Shown one piece after another: positions 17,258 to 25,684 of a stretch of 64,000 bases of DNA. The notes under the pieces are model-generated. The model worked only from the letters and a program-made list of their open reading frames with translations. It was not told the origin of the DNA and searched no databases. A program made the position numbers and the translations under genes. Every line of letters begins with the position of its first letter. The first letter of the stretch is position 1. This DNA is from a virus. The DNA lies in IMG/VR virus record IMGVR_UViG_3300031963_000009. The stretch is one strand, 5' to 3'.

Positions 17258-18637
17258 ATGAAAACTAACACCAAAACGTACACTCTGACTGTATCTCAAC
17301 TGGCTTCTCTACAAAAGGACACCAAGATTTATCTTGATGAAGCCTTCCAGTCCAATACACGTTGGAATACTGCAATGAATCAAGCATACATTAAGTCTGT
17401 GCTTGAAGGTAAAGCAATTACCCCCATTACTTTAGGTAAAATCTCTGATCTTTTGAGTTCTATTGAACTTCATTATGGTCCTACTCATTCTGACTATCAA
17501 TTTTTTAGGGATCTTCTAGATCAAGATTTCATCTATATCACGATTGATGGAAATAATCGTGATAACTGCATCTGCAAGTTCCTGAACAATGAGTTTCCCC
17601 TCTCTGAAGGGAAATACTATATTGAACACAATAACATTGTGTACTTTGAAGCGACTAAGAACAACAAGTATTTCAAAGATCTAGATGCAGAAGTTCGCAA
17701 CTACATTGAGAACATTTCTCTGAACACTCTTGTAGTTTTGCAATCTGATCGTAAGGGTCTTGCTGAACTGTTCAGTAACATTAATGAGGGTCTTCCCCTT
17801 AATAATCAAGAGAAACGCAACGCTACTCCTTGTCGTTTCGGTGCTCTTGTTAGGAATCTTGTTCAAAGTCACTTGAATGGATTTTCTATGTTGTATAGTT
17901 CTAAGAACATCAATCGTCGTTATCCCGATGAATTGGTTGTGACAATTTCCACAATCGTTGCTCATGGGATAAAGAATCTGGATAAGAATACTCTAGATGC
18001 TGCTTATGGTGATTCTACGGTTGAGGTTATTTCTTTCAACAAAACCGCAACTATTGTTGAACAACTTTCTAAGATTGTTGTCAACTATGGTGCTGCTGGA
18101 TTTGATGTTGGTGGTAAGAAAAACTCTAACCTGATTGACTTTGCAATGTTGTTGAACTATCTCAACAATAACTCGATTGTCATCGAAGATTACGAAGCTT
18201 TCTACAACTGGTTCACTGAAAGTCAGGGAGAACGAATTGAAGATCCTACCATTCTCTACTATGGTAAAAAGGGTAATAATCCTCGTAGTTATGCTGGTCT
18301 TCTCCGTGGATCTTCTTCCAATTTCCTTCAAATCCGACTCAGTAAGTTGGTTGATTCCATCTCTTCTACACCAGACAACGTTCTGACCTTCCGTGACAAA
18401 GATCGCAAGTATGATCCTAAGATTCGATTCTCTCTTTGGAAATCTCAGGGTGGGCGATGTGCATTGACTGGTGAACCTATTGATGCACGTCACATCTACG
18501 ATGGATCTGTGACTCATATCGACCATAAAGATCCTTGGTCGAAAGGTGGACAAACTACAGTTGAAAATGCACAACTGGTATTTGCAAATGCAAATCTCCG
18601 TAAAGGTGCTCAACTCGTAGAAGTTCCCTCTCTTTGA
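17258..18637 (+). CDS. DUF262/ParB-like plus C-terminal HNH endonuclease (GmrSD-like architecture)
   Basis: ITIDGNNR (DGQQR-like), FSNINEGLPLNNQEKRNA, and HIDHKDPWSKGG.T.VENAQ...AN.RKG. Confidence 0.8.
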   Translation: MKTNTKTYTLTVSQLASLQKDTKIYLDEAFQSNTRWNTAMNQAYIKSVLEGKAITPITLGKISDLLSSIELHYGPTHSDYQFFRDLLDQDFIYITIDGNNRDNCICKFLNNEFPLSEGKYYIEHNNIVYFEATKNNKYFKDLDAEVRNYIENISLNTLVVLQSDRKGLAELFSNINEGLPLNNQEKRNATPCRFGALVRNLVQSHLNGFSMLYSSKNINRRYPDELVVTISTIVAHGIKNLDKNTLDAAYGDSTVEVISFNKTATIVEQLSKIVVNYGAAGFDVGGKKNSNLIDFAMLLNYLNNNSIVIEDYEAFYNWFTESQGERIEDPTILYYGKKGNNPRSYAGLLRGSSSNFLQIRLSKLVDSISSTPDNVLTFRDKDRKYDPKIRFSLWKSQGGRCALTGEPIDARHIYDGSVTHIDHKDPWSKGGQTTVENAQLVFANANLRKGAQLVEVPSL

Positions 18638-18652
18638 GAACTTATCTAATCC

Positions 18653-18718
18653 ATAAGGATCTCTGATCAATGGCCCTCTTGCCCCGCAACGGGTAAGAGG
18701 GTATTCTAGCTATGTTGA
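18653..18718 (+). promoter_or_regulatory. Variant early promoter (GATC-type upstream motif, hairpin, -10, ATGTTGA)
   Basis: ATAAGGATCTCTGATCAAT, stem CCCTCTTGCCC/GGGTAAGAGGG, TATTCT(18702)-AGCT-ATGTTGA. Confidence 0.72.
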
Positions 18719-18729
18719 AACGCAATTCA

Positions 18730-18870
18730 ATGAATCTCCGACCACACCAAGAACGTGCAGTTGAGGTAATGCAACTGCATAAAAAGGGTCAAATCATTGT
18801 TCCCACTGGTGGTGGTAAAACAATGAAGATGATCAAAGACGCAATGATTCAATTCCAGGAACAGAAATGA
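18730..18870 (+). CDS. N-terminal fragment of an SF2 helicase (Q-motif and Walker A), not in the ORF track
   Basis: MNLRPHQERAVEVMQLHKKGQIIVPTGGGKTMKMIKDAMIQFQEQK*; its stop overlaps the ATG at 18867. Confidence 0.78.
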   Translation: MNLRPHQERAVEVMQLHKKGQIIVPTGGGKTMKMIKDAMIQFQEQK

Positions 18871-19976
18871 TCGAAATGCAATCACAAACTGAAAAAACGA
18901 TTGTTGTTGTTGCTCCTCGTATTCTTCTCGCAGAACAACTTTGTTCCGAGTTTCTGGAGTTTATCACCAACGCAAGTGTGATGCACGTTCACAGTGGTGA
19001 AACTCATCACTTTTCGACTACCAAACCCCAAGAGATTTCTAACTGGTGGGTGAATACTCGTGGTCACAAACTAATCTTCACCACTTACAACTCTCTGGAG
19101 AGGTTGCAACAATCTCGCATCAAGGTTGACACCATTTACTTTGACGAAGCTCACAACTCCGTCAAACGCAACTTCTTCCCTGCAACTGAATACTTCAGTC
19201 AGGAAGCTGACCGTTGTTACTTCTTCACTGCGACTCCCAAACATTCACTCGCAGTTGGTAAGCCTGGGATGAATGATGTAGAAGTTTATGGCCAAGTCAT
19301 TTGTAATGTTCCTGCACCTGAACTTGTCGAAGGTGGTTACATCCTGCCTCCGAAAGTTATCGCAAAACAACTTCCGATGGTAAAGTCTGGTAAGATTCCT
19401 GCAGATCGTGACTGTGAGAATCTGATTGAGACTCTGGATGAATGTGGTAAGGGTAAAGTGTTGATCTGTGCGAAAGCTACCAAACAGATCTCTGCACTGA
19501 TGTCTGAGACTGACTTCATTCAACAACTGCAAGATCGCGGATTCTCTTACCTCTACATCACCGCAAAGACTGGTGCAATTATTGATGGTAAGAAGGTGAA
19601 TCGTGAGGTGTTCTTTGATACTCTCTCTGCATGGGGTAAGGATGACTCTAAGAAGTTCGTTGTTCTCCACCACTCCATCCTTTCTGAGGGTATCAATGTG
19701 TCAGGTCTGGAAGGTGTCATCTTTATGCGTTCGATGGACTACATTGGTATCTCCCAAACCATCGGCCGTGTGATTCGGATGCACCATGATGATGCAGCTC
19801 GCATCCATAGTGGTGAACTTGTCCCTGGTGATGTTGACAACTATACCAAATCTTTCGGTCTAGTTGTTGTTCCTGTCTTCAACAAAGTTGGGATCTCTAC
19901 TCACCAGAAGATCCAAGCTGTGGTGGATACGATCTTCCAAAAAGGAATGCCCGCTATTTCTGTCGTAAAACGATGA
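18867..19976 (+). CDS. SF2 (DEAD/DEAH, ResIII-like) helicase body lacking Walker A
   Basis: VVVAPRILLAEQL (Ia), YFDEAHN (II), FTATP (III), ILSEGINV (V), SQTIGRVIR (VI). Confidence 0.88.
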   Translation: MIEMQSQTEKTIVVVAPRILLAEQLCSEFLEFITNASVMHVHSGETHHFSTTKPQEISNWWVNTRGHKLIFTTYNSLERLQQSRIKVDTIYFDEAHNSVKRNFFPATEYFSQEADRCYFFTATPKHSLAVGKPGMNDVEVYGQVICNVPAPELVEGGYILPPKVIAKQLPMVKSGKIPADRDCENLIETLDECGKGKVLICAKATKQISALMSETDFIQQLQDRGFSYLYITAKTGAIIDGKKVNREVFFDTLSAWGKDDSKKFVVLHHSILSEGINVSGLEGVIFMRSMDYIGISQTIGRVIRMHHDDAARIHSGELVPGDVDNYTKSFGLVVVPVFNKVGISTHQKIQAVVDTIFQKGMPAISVVKR

Positions 19977-20527
19977 TGGAAAAGTGGGAAGTCTACGCTG
20001 AAGGCACCTTCAACAATATGAGGGCCAATGCACACAACTGGGAACGATCTTTCGATGACAAACGAAAGATCTCCCGTGATTTTTACTACGGGGTTTTTGA
20101 TGCAGGAAATCCCAACCCTACGAACCTGATCAGTGAACAAGCTTTGGAGAATCAACTCTCCAAACAATACAGGCTAAATACTCTGGATCACTACCACTCT
20201 CCACAATTTGTTGGTCGAATGATTATGGAGAATCGAGACAAATATCTAGAGGATTATGAAGAGTTCAAGAAGATCTTTCTGGTCTGCACACAACAAATTG
20301 TTGTGACCAAAAAGGAGAATGAATCTCTGTCATTCTTGACTGCACCTGACAAAGAAGATTATAAGGTTCTTGTACCTACCAATCTCAAGTACAACCATCT
20401 TGGTATCAGATTGTATCAGAGACAAGAGGGTAAAACTAGGTGGAAAAACTCCGATCCAATTGATTCCAACATTCTGGAGATTCCTGAAGATCTGTTAGAA
20501 TATGAGAAAAAGTATCTAGTAACGTAA
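19973..20527 (+). CDS. Hypothetical protein, possibly His-Me/HNH-like
   Basis: LDHYHSP...VVTKKEN spacing resembles betabetaalpha-metal nucleases; weak. Confidence 0.6.
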   Translation: MMEKWEVYAEGTFNNMRANAHNWERSFDDKRKISRDFYYGVFDAGNPNPTNLISEQALENQLSKQYRLNTLDHYHSPQFVGRMIMENRDKYLEDYEEFKKIFLVCTQQIVVTKKENESLSFLTAPDKEDYKVLVPTNLKYNHLGIRLYQRQEGKTRWKNSDPIDSNILEIPEDLLEYEKKYLVT

Positions 20528-20967
20528 TGAACTACAAGTTTATACCAGATAAGTACCAACTATGTAAAAATGTAACTTGGGAAGATGTAATCAATAAAAT
20601 GGATGTGGAGATCTACAATCAATCACACAAATTGATTGTAGACTATGGAATCGCTCCAACAATTATCTTACATGAAGACTATTATCCAGGATCTATTTCA
20701 TCTGCATTTAACGAAGTCCAGCAAGATCTAAATATTGAAGTTCTTCACATTTATACTTCTCTTGGTAGAAATGCCAAGACTTTTGGTAGACATTGTGATA
20801 CAATGGATGTAGTAATTGTTCAATCCATAGGGAGAATCTATTACGATTTTGATTGTGGATCTAGGGTAGAACTTAATCCAGGAGATGCACTCCACATTCC
20901 GAAAGGAATCTATCATAACCCCATTGTTTTTGAACCTAGAGTTACCCTGAGCTTTTCTTGGACATGA
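20527..20967 (+). CDS. Cupin/JmjC-like protein
   Basis: FGRHCDTMDV (HxD)...ELNPGDALHIPKGIYH. Confidence 0.8.
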   Translation: MNYKFIPDKYQLCKNVTWEDVINKMDVEIYNQSHKLIVDYGIAPTIILHEDYYPGSISSAFNEVQQDLNIEVLHIYTSLGRNAKTFGRHCDTMDVVIVQSIGRIYYDFDCGSRVELNPGDALHIPKGIYHNPIVFEPRVTLSFSWT

Positions 20968-21506
20968 CCGCAGACTATAATGATTACATGTTTTATGCAC
21001 CAATTTATCACTACGCAGTGAGAGATTGGAAGAATAAAAAAACTTCTTTGATGGAATTGTATAACAGGATTGATAGAAACTTAGAAAGAAAAGATGATGA
21101 CAGTGTGATTACAAATTATCATAAGGATTCACTTTCTATGATAGAAAGTATTTCCGAAATTTTTACTGATGAGATCAATTTGTTTTGTGGTAAAGTTCAA
21201 TCTCGATTCAAATTAGCCTGTGCATGGTTTGAATTGACTGATAAACATGCTTATCACTCAATGCACAATCATGGATGTACGGGATACAGTTCGGTGTGTT
21301 ACATCAAATACAATAGTGATGAACATAAACCCACACATTTTATGTCTCCTTTTCCAAACTTTTTAACTGGTCTTCAACTAACTTATACTCCAGAAGTTGA
21401 TGAAGGCTCAATTATATTTTTTCCATCATATATCAGTCACTTTACTGAACCTAATTTGTCTGATGAGAATAGACTAATCGTATCTTTTAATCTACAATCA
21501 GTTTGA
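20964..21506 (+). CDS. Putative 2OG-Fe(II) oxygenase
   Basis: HSMHNHG...SSVCYI...EGSIIFFPSYISHFTEPN...RLIVSFNL. Confidence 0.8.
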   Translation: MTADYNDYMFYAPIYHYAVRDWKNKKTSLMELYNRIDRNLERKDDDSVITNYHKDSLSMIESISEIFTDEINLFCGKVQSRFKLACAWFELTDKHAYHSMHNHGCTGYSSVCYIKYNSDEHKPTHFMSPFPNFLTGLQLTYTPEVDEGSIIFFPSYISHFTEPNLSDENRLIVSFNLQSV

Positions 21507-21507
21507 G

Positions 21508-21897
21508 ATGATGTACCCCAACACAAGTATTCTTGATCCCGACAATGGCCCTACTGGATTTACCACTCCAGACTTCCAATTTGCTGCTATTCCATTTGGA
21601 AAAGAATACATGATCATTGCAGATGGCCAACAACTTGAAGTAGTCAAAACAAGACAACTTGCAGAGATTCGGCTTGAACAATTAAAAAACTCGCATCGGA
21701 CTCTGAAGAAGGGTACTAAGACCCCTGCACCACCAAAATCACAAAAAAAGGCGAAAACGTCTAGTGGCCGCAAGGGGTCTCAGGGACCAAAGCCAAAGGC
21801 CACCAAGGGTTCTACCAAGTCTCCTAAATCTAAGAGTGTGACAGTCAAGAAACCGTACACTCTTCATCCAAATCCATTGATGGATGCACTACTCTAG
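21508..21897 (+). CDS. Hypothetical protein with a Lys/Ser/Pro-rich basic tail
   Basis: C-terminal TLKKGTKTPAPPKSQKKAKTSSGRKG...KSPKSKSVTVKK. Confidence 0.72.
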   Translation: MMYPNTSILDPDNGPTGFTTPDFQFAAIPFGKEYMIIADGQQLEVVKTRQLAEIRLEQLKNSHRTLKKGTKTPAPPKSQKKAKTSSGRKGSQGPKPKATKGSTKSPKSKSVTVKKPYTLHPNPLMDALL

Positions 21898-21912
21898 CTA
21901 TAGTTCAGAAAA

Positions 21913-22164
21913 ATGTCTATCGAAGAAAAACTCTTATCTTTGGGATTTGCATACAATGCAAAGGGGAATGTTCTATCAAAACGTGTCTTACGAAAAAGTC
22001 AAATCCCCATAGGTTGTTTCTTCAAATCCTTAGAAACTGGTGTTGAGTTTTACTCTCAAAATCCAGAAGATGATACTAAGTGGGATCATCTTATTATGAC
22101 AAGAGATTTTGAAGAAGTTCTACTTGACGAAACTGTTACTGCACAATCAATTCTTGAATTATGA
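21913..22164 (+). CDS. Hypothetical protein
   Basis: 83 aa. Confidence 0.65.
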   Translation: MSIEEKLLSLGFAYNAKGNVLSKRVLRKSQIPIGCFFKSLETGVEFYSQNPEDDTKWDHLIMTRDFEEVLLDETVTAQSILEL

Positions 22165-22379
22165 CCACAAAAACTAAAATGAAACGAGTTTGTGTTACTC
22201 CTCTCTCTAGTAAGGCTAAAAACCGATTCCATAACATTATGGATCAGTTTCATACCTGTACTGTTGAACAAGAGAAGACTATTGATGGAGTTCCACATTT
22301 GTTTCTAGTTTCGATGAATGGTCAATACTGTTTCTGGGTTCCGAATAAAGGTAACGAACACTGGAAAGTTGAAAAGTGA
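22161..22379 (+). CDS. Hypothetical protein
   Basis: RVCVTPLSSKAKNRFHNIMD; ATGA overlap. Confidence 0.7.
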   Translation: MTTKTKMKRVCVTPLSSKAKNRFHNIMDQFHTCTVEQEKTIDGVPHLFLVSMNGQYCFWVPNKGNEHWKVEK

Positions 22380-22660
22380 CAGTCGAACTTTTTCATAAAG
22401 CTCCTAATGGTTATCATTATGAACAAGAAAAAGATTTCAAGAGAAATGTTACTGCTATCTGGTTACATCATCATAGGAAGTATGACTTTAATCTTGGAAA
22501 ACCAGTTAAAACCATCTGGGGATTCTACAATACAAAAACCAGACAATTCCACGCACCAGTTAATAGTCAGACAGTGGGAAGTGTAGTTGAGATTGAAAAT
22601 ACTACCCCATATACGGCTATGCCTATCAAAATAACTCCACTTGAAGCTGCATTTGCATGA
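22376..22660 (+). CDS. Hypothetical protein
   Basis: GTG start overlapping the upstream stop; KTIWGFYNTKT...HAPVNS. Confidence 0.72.
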   Translation: MTVELFHKAPNGYHYEQEKDFKRNVTAIWLHHHRKYDFNLGKPVKTIWGFYNTKTRQFHAPVNSQTVGSVVEIENTTPYTAMPIKITPLEAAFA

Positions 22661-22833
22661 TTAAAAGTAAGAAAGAACTTATCAGGTATCTTGAAAACTA
22701 CCATGAATCGAGATGTAGTGATCTTGCATCTGAAGGTAGAGAAAAAGATGCAATGTCCATCTACAGTGAAATTATTGTAGATGAAGAAGATCCAGATTCC
22801 TATTTGTTTATTTCCCTCCACAAAGTATTATGA
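22657..22833 (+). CDS. Hypothetical protein (58 aa)
   Basis: MIKSKKELIRYLENYHESRC; ATGA overlaps on both ends. Confidence 0.6.
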   Translation: MIKSKKELIRYLENYHESRCSDLASEGREKDAMSIYSEIIVDEEDPDSYLFISLHKVL

Positions 22834-23225
22834 AGTACAAAGTTGATTGGACCTCTCCAACTCAGGGTGTTCGCTCTACTACAGTTGACGCACTGACTTT
22901 GAACACGGCTCGAGAACAAGTTGAGTCAATGTATAGGGATCTTAAAGGATTCAAAGTAGTTTGCATTTCTCCTGTTTTCGAGAAAAAGGAATACGAAGAA
23001 CCTGAGACTTACTCTACATCCAGTCAATCAGATAATCGTAGTTCTGATCCTGATGATTTTAATTTGAGTACGATTGTAGGAACTGCGGGCATTTGTATTG
23101 GTGCATTTATCGCACTTATTGGGTTGTTTAGTCTTCCTTCTGGTATCATCGCTCTAGTTATTGGTGGACTCATTGGCTGGGGTGGTATGCAACTCGGCTT
23201 CTGGATTAGTGACAGAGGTTGGTGA
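22830..23225 (+). CDS. Membrane protein with two C-terminal TM helices
   Basis: Hydrophobic Gly-rich C-terminus. Confidence 0.72.
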   Translation: MKYKVDWTSPTQGVRSTTVDALTLNTAREQVESMYRDLKGFKVVCISPVFEKKEYEEPETYSTSSQSDNRSSDPDDFNLSTIVGTAGICIGAFIALIGLFSLPSGIIALVIGGLIGWGGMQLGFWISDRGW

Positions 23226-23605
23226 TGGATTACATTACTCCAACGCATCAAGAAATTCTTGACGTATTAAATAGAGTCAACATTCAAATCATTGTTGACA
23301 ACCATCCTATCTGTGATAGTAAACAGTATGATGGCTTTGTTATGAGTACCAAAGATTCTCGTAATAGTTCTGATCGCACACAATTCTTGTTGTGTGTTGA
23401 GGCCATGCAACAGAACTATACTGATTGGATTGGAGAAGTGAATCGCACATTAGCTCATGAAGCTCTTCATGTAGCACAACTATGTAAATCTAAAGATGGT
23501 TTATTTTATCCTCTTGGATTTAGGAATGATGTAGAAAAAGAAGCTTTTGCGGTTCAAGAACAACCGAGAGAAGTTCTTCGTATTCTCAAAAAGTATTGTC
23601 TTTGA
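23225..23605 (+). CDS. Putative zincin metallopeptidase
   Basis: TLAHEALHVAQ (HExxH)...VEKEAF. Confidence 0.65.
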   Translation: MDYITPTHQEILDVLNRVNIQIIVDNHPICDSKQYDGFVMSTKDSRNSSDRTQFLLCVEAMQQNYTDWIGEVNRTLAHEALHVAQLCKSKDGLFYPLGFRNDVEKEAFAVQEQPREVLRILKKYCL

Positions 23606-23608
23606 CCA

Positions 23609-23637
23609 TTGACAAATACGGACAAAACCCTTACACT
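23609..23637 (+). promoter_or_regulatory. Host-like sigma70 promoter
   Basis: TTGACA-17-TACACT. Confidence 0.75.
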
Positions 23638-23660
23638 ATAAAAGTAATTCACAACTTACA

Positions 23661-23906
23661 ATGACACAAAAATTTCTTTACATCGTTGATCATTATGTTC
23701 CCTTTCCCTCTAGTGAGTATGGTGGGCTTTGGAATGTAGTTGCTACCGACGATGATGAATGTTTTGAGATGATTGTTGCTGAAGATGATGGCAATTTCAA
23801 TCAGCCATATTACAATAAACTTCGAGAAAACATTCTTAATTCCCGTACTTTTGCTCTTGCAGAAGATGGTCTAGATTCTTGCGTTGTAGAAAGTTTTACG
23901 ACATGA
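23661..23906 (+). CDS. Hypothetical protein
   Basis: YIVDHYVPFPSSEYGGLWNVVA. Confidence 0.72.
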   Translation: MTQKFLYIVDHYVPFPSSEYGGLWNVVATDDDECFEMIVAEDDGNFNQPYYNKLRENILNSRTFALAEDGLDSCVVESFTT

Positions 23907-24079
23907 TAAACTTTACTGAGCACGAATGTGGCATCATCAATGATGCAGTAAGATTTTATCAAATGAACAAAAGTACAACAGGAAGTAAATTGTACTGGGA
24001 TTGTGATTCTATTCTAAGAAAAGTTTTTCCATACAAAAAACTTGATGGTATAGAACCAGGATACAGATCAGATACATAA
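23903..24079 (+). CDS. Hypothetical protein
   Basis: MINFTEHECGII; ATGA overlap. Confidence 0.6.
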   Translation: MINFTEHECGIINDAVRFYQMNKSTTGSKLYWDCDSILRKVFPYKKLDGIEPGYRSDT

Positions 24080-24102
24080 TTGTTGTTAGTTTTTGAGTTT
24101 CT

Positions 24103-24264
24103 ATGTTAGATCCTAGATTCCAAGATCCGGAAAGACAAAAAAGATTAAGACAACAAAAAAGTGATGCTCTTAAGGTCATTATGAGTGAGATGTTGGATAA
24201 TCCATCCTCAAAGGAAAATCAACAATTAAAAGATGTAATAGAGTTTCTGGATAAAGTAGAATAG
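24103..24264 (+). CDS. Hypothetical protein (53 aa)
   Basis: MLDPRFQDPERQKRLRQ...; its stop abuts element 5. Confidence 0.5.
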   Translation: MLDPRFQDPERQKRLRQQKSDALKVIMSEMLDNPSSKENQQLKDVIEFLDKVE

Positions 24265-24266
24265 TA

Positions 24267-24335
24267 TGTGACGCTTTGAGAACTGTCACAGGGGCTCTTT
24301 ACAGAGCCCCTTTTTGCATGTATTGTGGCTACATG
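24267..24335 (+). promoter_or_regulatory. Early element copy 5 with an embedded terminator-like hairpin
   Basis: TGTGAC-gctttgagaact-GTCACA, GGGGCTCT-ttac-AGAGCCCC-TTTTT, TATTGT(24321), ATG 6 nt later. Confidence 0.8.
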
Positions 24336-25277
24336 AAGAACACTCACCTCGAACATCCCGAAGATTCTGTACTTCTCGGTAAGAAGGCTGTGCAGGATAC
24401 TATCAACTATCTGCGTAACTGCAAAGGTGATTGTAGTGTGAAGTATGATGGTGCTCCTGCCATTGTGTTTGGGACGCATCCTGTCACTAATCAATTCTTT
24501 GTAGGGACGAAAAGTGTATTCAATAAGAAGAAAGTTAAGGTTAATTATACTCACGCTGACATCGAAAAGAATCACGGTAATAATTCCAAAGTTGCAGGAA
24601 TACTTCACACTTGCCTTGAAGTATTGCCTAAGTTGGAGGGTGTTTACCAAGGTGATTTTATTGGGTTTGGTGGTACTAACCGATTCACCCCTAATACTAT
24701 CACTTATACCTTCAATACCGATAGCGATTCTTTTCGTAATTGTTCTGTGGTCTTTGCTGCTCATACACGGTATTCTGGAGATACGTCATGCGTTGAAGGT
24801 TCGGAGAACCCGCTCAACAAACTGAGTGCATCTTTTGATGTTCCTGAGTATCTCAAACACAACTTTATGTCAACTTACTTTGTGAATGGTGATGCACAAT
24901 TTACCTCCCGTCGTCGTAGGATTGATTACCTTCTTGGCCTTGCAAGTTTGGTTAGCAATTTTGTTAGATACCCTGAAGAAAAAGAAGTAGCAAATCTCAA
25001 AGTTGCGATCAATAAGTGCATCCGAGAGAATGTTCCTGTTGATTGTATTGACGGCAATCTTCTCCTGTTGTTCAACCTGTTGACCAAAGCCAAGGATTTG
25101 ATTGTAGAAGGAATCACCGTCACTGGTGATCAAGTTGATGCAGTGATTGATCTCGGTGTGGATTATGTTGCGTCTGGCCATGAAGGTTATGTTCACTCTA
25201 ATGATTATGGGACTTTCAAGTTAGTCAACCGTCGTATGTTCTCTTACTTTAACTTCACCAAACCAAAAGGTTGGTAG
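24333..25277 (+). CDS. Nucleotidyltransferase/ligase-like phage protein (DUF6267-like)
   Basis: MKNTHLEHPED, KYDGAPA (KxDG motif I), HEGYV, FKLVNR..FS..NF. Confidence 0.7.
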   Translation: MKNTHLEHPEDSVLLGKKAVQDTINYLRNCKGDCSVKYDGAPAIVFGTHPVTNQFFVGTKSVFNKKKVKVNYTHADIEKNHGNNSKVAGILHTCLEVLPKLEGVYQGDFIGFGGTNRFTPNTITYTFNTDSDSFRNCSVVFAAHTRYSGDTSCVEGSENPLNKLSASFDVPEYLKHNFMSTYFVNGDAQFTSRRRRIDYLLGLASLVSNFVRYPEEKEVANLKVAINKCIRENVPVDCIDGNLLLLFNLLTKAKDLIVEGITVTGDQVDAVIDLGVDYVASGHEGYVHSNDYGTFKLVNRRMFSYFNFTKPKGW

Positions 25278-25347
25278 GGACAGTTGCCTGGCTGTCCACC
25301 AGAGGCGCCAGGATCGTTCCTGGCATCGTATCTTAGCTATGTTGAGA
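25277..25347 (+). promoter_or_regulatory. Early element copy 6
   Basis: GGGACAGTTGCCTGGCTGTCCAC..GCCAGGA-tcgt-TCCTGGC..TATCTT-AGCT-ATGTTGAGA. Confidence 0.88.
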
Positions 25348-25356
25348 GGTTCACCC

Positions 25357-25530
25357 ATGACTCGTCTTGAAATCCAACAGGCACTGTATGAGACTCGCAA
25401 CAACTATCTCAAAGCAAAAGCTTCGGTAGAGTTCTATCGTAAGGAGATCATGTTCCTCAAGGAATGTGAAGCAAACCTGGACAAACCTGAAGGTTGGTTG
25501 TATCAAGAAATGTTCGGAGCTGAAGTATGA
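25357..25530 (+). CDS. Hypothetical protein
   Basis: MTRLEIQQALYETRNNY; the element ATG at 25339 is also in frame. Confidence 0.65.
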   Translation: MTRLEIQQALYETRNNYLKAKASVEFYRKEIMFLKECEANLDKPEGWLYQEMFGAEV

Positions 25531-25682
25531 AGGTTGAACTCACCGACTATCAGATCAATTTGATTCTTTATTGTCTTGAACAACAAACTTATGAGTTTAG
25601 TTGGGACGAAAAGAATGACTACACTGGTATCCTAAGGGCTATTGAGTCTGCTGCTAACTTTGAGTACGATTTCGGGTATTAA
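25527..25682 (+). CDS. Hypothetical protein (51 aa)
   Basis: MKVELTDYQINLILYCLEQ; GGAG SD. Confidence 0.55.
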   Translation: MKVELTDYQINLILYCLEQQTYEFSWDEKNDYTGILRAIESAANFEYDFGY

Positions 25683-25684
25683 AG

